Part shown: in pieces, positions 27,764-32,000 of the stretch
Position numbering within the stretch: position 1 is the first letter of the stretch
Layout of the letters: every line of letters starts with the position of its first letter
Assembly (NCBI RefSeq): GCF_003367075.2
Contig: NZ_CP065936.1
Location: 1,590,001 to 1,622,000 of the forward strand
Length of the DNA stretch: 32,000 nucleotides
Direction: 5' to 3'
DNA from: Cylindrospermopsis raciborskii Cr2010
Lineage (GTDB): Bacteria > Cyanobacteriota > Cyanobacteriia > Cyanobacteriales > Nostocaceae
The notes under the pieces: generated by a model
Database searches by the model: none
What the model was told of the DNA's origin: nothing
Seen by the model: only the letters and a program-made list of their open reading frames with translations
Program-made: the position numbers and the translations under genes

Positions 27764-28759
27764 ATGAAAATAGTGTTTTTTGGCACTCCTAATTTTGCTA
27801 TTCCCACCTTAAAAAAATTGTTGAATGATTCTAGATTTCAGGTTTTAGCAGTTGTCACCCAACCGGATAAACGCAGAGAAAGGGGGAATCAACTTACGCC
27901 CTCTCCAGTTAAAACCTTGGCTAAGGCTCATAATCTGATTGTATGGCAACCAGAAAGAATTAAGAAGGATTCTGGGACCTTGACTAAACTAAGGGAACTT
28001 AATGCGGATTTCTTTATAGTAGTTGCTTATGGGCAAATTCTATCTACAAAAATCCTCAACATGCCAAAATTAGGTTGTATTAATGTACATGGTTCAATTT
28101 TACCGGAATATAGAGGTGCTGCCCCCATTCAGTGGTCTATACACAAAGGAGAAAGACAAACTGGTGTGACAACTATGTTAATGGATGCGGGTATGGATAC
28201 AGGAGATATGCTTTTAAAAGCCAGCTTACCAATTGGACTATTAGATAATGCTCAAGTTATTGCGGATAAACTAGCTGAAACTGGTGGAAACCTGTTAATA
28301 GAAACCCTAACCAAATTTAGAAATGGAGAGATTACACCAATTCCTCAAAATGATTCCTTAGCTACCTACGCCTCATTAATTAATAAAGAAGACTATTATT
28401 TAGACTGGTCAAGAACAGCTATAGAACTACACAATCAGATCCGAGGATTTTACCCCAACTGCATCACCACCTTTCGTCATCAACCTTTAAAAATCGTCGC
28501 CACTGTTCCCCTAGAGTCCGCCTACATTCAGGAGTTGCCAAAGGAAATCCAGTCCAAACTTGAGAAAGTGCCTGATTTGTCCGCCCAATTAGCATCGCCA
28601 GGATCTGTCCTCAGTATTATTAAAGGATTGGGTGCTGTGGTTCAAACTGGGGAAGGTTGTTTGTGGTTGAGAGAGGTACAACCAACAGGCAAAAAACTTC
28701 AGTCGGGATGGGATTTTGTCAATGGTAGTCGTTTGACAGTGGGAGAAACTATTGGTTAG
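27764..28759 (+). CDS. fmt: Methionyl-tRNA formyltransferase
   Basis: Start MKIVFFGTPNFAIPTL at 27764; GCINVHGSILPEYRGAAPIQWSI and TGVTTMLMDAGMDTGDML motifs. Confidence 0.94.
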   Translation: MKIVFFGTPNFAIPTLKKLLNDSRFQVLAVVTQPDKRRERGNQLTPSPVKTLAKAHNLIVWQPERIKKDSGTLTKLRELNADFFIVVAYGQILSTKILNMPKLGCINVHGSILPEYRGAAPIQWSIHKGERQTGVTTMLMDAGMDTGDMLLKASLPIGLLDNAQVIADKLAETGGNLLIETLTKFRNGEITPIPQNDSLATYASLINKEDYYLDWSRTAIELHNQIRGFYPNCITTFRHQPLKIVATVPLESAYIQELPKEIQSKLEKVPDLSAQLASPGSVLSIIKGLGAVVQTGEGCLWLREVQPTGKKLQSGWDFVNGSRLTVGETIG

Positions 28760-29105
28760 CAACGTAAGAACTACAGGAATCACACGGACCATCTGGGTTG
28801 ACAGCACAACGAATAATTTCTGAGTGGGCATTATACTTACAATTGGCATCCCCCACTACCCAACGTCCATTTATAAAACTTTTTTCCGATGGTCTTTTAG
28901 CTGTTTGAACGTAGATGGCAATTCTATGTAACCTGTAGCGTCCAGTTCGGAACTGATACCTGTGATGGCGTTCTAAAACGGCATAGGTTTTCCCCTCAAA
29001 ATCTAAATAATTTCCCGGTTGAGGAGCCCAATCAAGTTGTAACTTACCAAGATACCGCTGTGGACTGGTCAAAATTATCTCAGTTGCTAAAGAGTCTGGA
29101 TGCAT
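28749..29105 (-). CDS. Conserved cyanobacterial hypothetical protein (DUF6464-like)
   Basis: 118 aa; FEGKTYAVLERHHRYQFRTGRYRLHRIAIYVQ and C-terminal paired-Cys motif IRCAVNPDGPCDSCSSY; overlaps fmt by 11 bp tail-to-tail. Confidence 0.7.
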   Translation of the reverse strand: MHPDSLATEIILTSPQRYLGKLQLDWAPQPGNYLDFEGKTYAVLERHHRYQFRTGRYRLHRIAIYVQTAKRPSEKSFINGRWVVGDANCKYNAHSEIIRCAVNPDGPCDSCSSYVANQ

Positions 29106-29116
29106 AATTTATATAT

Positions 29117-29269
29117 GGCGCTAAGTAGGGAGGCACAATTATTTGTAGGATGGGTTGAGGAACGAAACCCATGCGGGCGTTGATTTTATATTTAATTCCA
29201 CCCACCCACTTATGGCTAAAGCTATAATATAGATTGAGCGCTAAGTAATTGATGGGAGGCTTTACAATT
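29117..29269. repeat. Imperfect direct repeats flanking ~100 bp upstream of psaC
   Basis: GCGCTAAGTAGGGAGGCACAATT (29117-29139) and GCGCTAAGTAattgatGGGAGGCtttACAATT (29238-29269). Confidence 0.55.
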
Positions 29270-29502
29270 CTTTAAAATTTCTTCAAGTTGTGGGGGGGGC
29301 GGCAAATTCCATACCAGTCAGTCCTTTTGTTGATTAAACCTCCATGGACGGGTTCTTGGGAAATCATTTTGTTGGGGGAGCTTATTAAATTGTTTAAAGT
29401 TATGTAGCCTTTTACTTACAGCTTAGCCTGGACTGGGGTAAACTATGCCTTGATATTATTCCTTCTCCAGAGAAGAACACCACCAAAGGAGTAGTTTTTT
29501 CA

Positions 29503-29748
29503 ATGTCTCATACCGTAAAAATCTACGATACCTGCATCGGTTGCACTCAATGTGTACGCGCTTGCCCCACTGACGTTCTAGAAATGGTTCCTTGGGACGG
29601 ATGTAAAGCCGCTCAAGTTGCTTCTTCACCCCGTATTCAAGACTGCGTAGGTTGCAAGCGCTGTGAAACAGCTTGCCCAACTGACTTTTTGAGCATTCGG
29701 GTTTACCTTGGGGCTGAAACAACTCGCAGCATGGGTCTAGCATATTAA
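29503..29748 (+). CDS. psaC: Photosystem I iron-sulfur subunit PsaC
   Basis: 81 aa with two CxxCxxCxxxCP motifs ([28 protein letters not shown]). Confidence 0.99.
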   Translation: MSHTVKIYDTCIGCTQCVRACPTDVLEMVPWDGCKAAQVASSPRIQDCVGCKRCETACPTDFLSIRVYLGAETTRSMGLAY

Positions 29749-29786
29749 TCTACGCTGACCTATACCTGGGCAAAAAGTAGCAAGAA

Positions 29787-29835
29787 CTGAGCTGGGGAAG
29801 AAATCTATGATTTAACTTGATTCTTCTTGGCTCAG
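29787..29835 (+). terminator. Long interrupted stem-loop downstream of psaC
   Basis: CTGAGC (29787-29792)...GGAAGAAATC...GATTCTTC...GCTCAG (29830-29835), 38 bp after the psaC stop. Confidence 0.5.
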
Positions 29836-29877
29836 CTCTGCTCCTGGAATACAACCTGCAATATAAATTAGAAAGTT

Positions 29878-30105
29878 ATGGCAATTAAAAAAGGAAATAT
29901 GGTTCGTGCCCTGCGCGAAAAGTTAGAAAATAGTCTGGAAGCTAAAGCTAGTGATGGGCGCTTTCCTTCCTATTTATTTGAAAGTTCCGGGGAAGTGGTG
30001 GATATTAAGGGAGATTACGCTTTAGTGAAGTTTGGTAAAGTGCCCACGCCAAATATTTGGTTGAAGCTAGACCAATTAACTATACAACAAGACGCGGCTT
30101 CTTAG
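29878..30105 (+). CDS. ndhO: NAD(P)H-quinone oxidoreductase subunit O
   Basis: 75 aa; [52 protein letters not shown]. Confidence 0.93.
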   Translation: MAIKKGNMVRALREKLENSLEAKASDGRFPSYLFESSGEVVDIKGDYALVKFGKVPTPNIWLKLDQLTIQQDAAS

Positions 30106-30116
30106 TCTTATGTCAG

Positions 30117-30153
30117 TTGTAGGAGGGTAAAAGTATAATTCAACCTCCTGCAA
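30117..30153. terminator. Hairpin between convergent ndhO and HlyD-type gene
   Basis: TTGTAGGAGG (30117-30126) pairs with CCTCCTGCAA (30144-30153), one G-U wobble. Confidence 0.45.
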
Positions 30154-30176
30154 TATGTTCAGAGATGACTAACCTG

Positions 30177-31742
30177 TTACCTTACTTCCTGCAAGCTCTC
30201 AACTTGCTTAGTAAACATTTCCGTAAACAAACTCATAACGCTCCGTTCCTCACGCACTTTGATATTAGCAGTAATGGCCATACCAGACTGTAAAGGAATA
30301 CTTCTACCTTGAGATTCCATAGCTTGTTTATCTAAACTAACTCGCGCTGGAAAGCGATAAAACTGATGGGTCTGGTCAGGAGGTAAAGCATCTGAACCGA
30401 TATTAGTTACTTTACCTTTGATATCACCAAACTCACTAAAGGGGAACGAATCAATTCTCACATCCACCTTCATTCCCTCCTTCACAAATCCAATATCCTT
30501 ATTGGTGATAAATACCTCCGCTATATATTTATCATTGGGGACAATCTGTAATAGCTTTTGGGTAGGATTGGCGACAAAACCGGGGTTTTTTGCTTGCATG
30601 TCAAATATTATCCCTGATACGGGCGCACGCAGTTCTTGATATTTAACGTTTAATTTGGTTTGGGAAATTTTGCTACTAATATCTGCCAACTTCTGCTCAT
30701 TGTCTAAAATTATTCTCATAAACTGGCTGTCTATTTCGGCAATGCGCTTCTTGTTAGTAGCAATTTCTTCCAAGACATTTTTGTCAGTCACTGCTATGGT
30801 ATTGGTCACCTCTTGTTCTGCTCTTTGAATATCGAAGCCCAGGCGTTTTTCTTCTTCTTCTAACTGGGCTATTTCCGCTTTTAAATTTTGTACTTGTTGT
30901 TGCTGATTGAGATATTGCAGTTGAGAAATTCCCCCCTCTTTGGCCAGGACTTCTACCCTATCTAAGATTCCTTGTTGAATGGACAGACTGTTTTGTGTGT
31001 CCTTTCTCTTAACTATTGTTTGAGACAGTTGCTTTCTAATTTTTTCTACCTCAAATTTAGCTGCATTAGAGCGAGATTCCAGCTCTTTTCTAGCTACAAT
31101 TAGTCTTTTTTGTTCATCAATTCCAACTCCTGTTTCTGGTCTGGAATTTCCCAATTGTGAACGTAACAGTTGGTTTTCTTCCACCAGAGAAATGCGACTT
31201 TTTAACAAAAATGCCGACTCTGCTGGTAGACTACCACCCAGAAAATTCAGTTCTGAGCTAATAGCACCGCTTGCATTCATCAAACGACGATAGATGTCAT
31301 TTTCCTTGATTAAAGCAGCACGAACTTTATTGAGGGCGCCCAGCTCAGCTAGGGTAGCAACGGATTCAAATGTTAATAATAGATCCCCTGGTTTCACCTC
31401 TTGTCCATCTTTGACATGAACAGACTTCACCACCCCACTAATGGGTGCTTGTACATCTTTTACCGTACCCTCTGGTTTTAATTGTCCTGTAGCGGGAACT
31501 ACTTGTTCAATTTTTGCATAATAAGCCCAACCCACTCCAAAACAGGCCACAAGCATCAAAGTAATCATGATTGTGCGTGACCAGATGGGTGATTGTCGTA
31601 AAACTATGGATTGTTCAAAGCTGTCTTGATAAGCATAACTTAAATTCCCTGCTTTGGCTTTTGATGGGGTTTGAAGCACTCCTATACTAGCTGGTTTGCC
31701 ATTACCATTGCCATTAGTTGGATGATCATTAAATTGACTCAT
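30177..31742 (-). CDS. HlyD-family membrane fusion/periplasmic adaptor protein
   Basis: Single TM near residue 55, biotinyl-lipoyl-like VKDVQAPISGVVKSVHVKDGQEVKPGDLLL, coiled coil, C-terminal RVSLDKQ...IPLQSGMAITANIKVRERSVM. Confidence 0.9.
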   Translation of the reverse strand: MSQFNDHPTNGNGNGKPASIGVLQTPSKAKAGNLSYAYQDSFEQSIVLRQSPIWSRTIMITLMLVACFGVGWAYYAKIEQVVPATGQLKPEGTVKDVQAPISGVVKSVHVKDGQEVKPGDLLLTFESVATLAELGALNKVRAALIKENDIYRRLMNASGAISSELNFLGGSLPAESAFLLKSRISLVEENQLLRSQLGNSRPETGVGIDEQKRLIVARKELESRSNAAKFEVEKIRKQLSQTIVKRKDTQNSLSIQQGILDRVEVLAKEGGISQLQYLNQQQQVQNLKAEIAQLEEEEKRLGFDIQRAEQEVTNTIAVTDKNVLEEIATNKKRIAEIDSQFMRIILDNEQKLADISSKISQTKLNVKYQELRAPVSGIIFDMQAKNPGFVANPTQKLLQIVPNDKYIAEVFITNKDIGFVKEGMKVDVRIDSFPFSEFGDIKGKVTNIGSDALPPDQTHQFYRFPARVSLDKQAMESQGRSIPLQSGMAITANIKVREERSVMSLFTEMFTKQVESLQEVR

Positions 31743-31770
31743 AAGGTTCCTTGGGTTGGTTGAGTGATAA

Positions 31771-32000
31771 TTAGAGGTTGACTTCCTGTTGCTGGTAAAG
31801 GTAGGAATAGTGTCCTTTAGCAGTCATTAGTTCCTGATGACTACCCTGCTCCACCACTCTACCCCCATCCATAACTACAATCGTATCTGAATTACTGACG
31901 GTATTGAGACGATGGGTAATGAAGAAAACTGTCTTGCCACGAAATGCCTTGGCTAAATTTAAACATATTTGCCTTTCTGTGGGATAGTCTAGGGCACTTG
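31771..32000 (-). CDS. C-terminal end of ABC exporter ATPase (HlyB/bacteriocin-exporter type), truncated by window edge
   Basis: Manual minus-strand translation: GKTVFFITHRLNTVSNSDTIVVMDGGRVVEQGSHQELMTAKGHYSYLYQQQEVNL*; classic H-loop and post-H-loop ABC sequence. Confidence 0.88.
   Translation of the reverse strand, partial: SALDYPTERQICLNLAKAFRGKTVFFITHRLNTVSNSDTIVVMDGGRVVEQGSHQELMTAKGHYSYLYQQQEVNL

Noticed and set aside
29456-29743. 95-aa minus-strand ORF
   Set aside because: Exact antisense of psaC; its Cys-rich look is the mirror of the conserved psaC codons.

Overview
This is a cyanobacterial chromosomal window, probably from a filamentous Nostocales-type genome. Supporting features are psaC, ndhO, a plant-type ferredoxin, HIP1 palindromes (GCGATCGC) and hopanoid genes. 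In order it contains: a truncated CCA-adding enzyme/poly(A) polymerase with a CBS domain; mobA; an FTR1-type iron permease with a ferritin-like gene; a short open fragment that looks like the C-terminal remnant of an imelysin/EfeO-like gene; a Ni/Co ECF transporter (fused cbiM-PDGLE, cbiQ, cbiO); a lipoprotein; a DUF1361-like membrane protein; a Wzc/GumC-like chain-length/BY-kinase protein; two SpoIID-domain proteins bracketing a divergent squalene-hopene cyclase and HpnB-like glycosyltransferase pair; a 2Fe-2S ferredoxin; an HTH + GrpE-like protein; small cyanobacterial conserved proteins; a CobW-type GTPase; an amidohydrolase; a cupin; a NUDIX hydrolase; a 1060-aa seven-blade FG-GAP/DUF4114 protein without a signal peptide; a WD40/TolB-like membrane-anchored protein; fmt; psaC; ndhO; and an HlyD-type adaptor followed by the 3' end of an ABC exporter. 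I see no CRISPR array, tRNA, rRNA, intact transposase or recognisable defence system. Most of the window is ordinary core genome. The best leads are the FG-GAP/DUF4114 protein near a type I secretion adaptor/ABC pair, a BY-kinase with degenerate Walker A' and B motifs, a perfect hairpin between the ferritin-like and iron permease genes, the decayed efeO-like fragment, and structured or repeated DNA upstream of psaC and cbiM. I did not find convincing evidence for a wholly new system.
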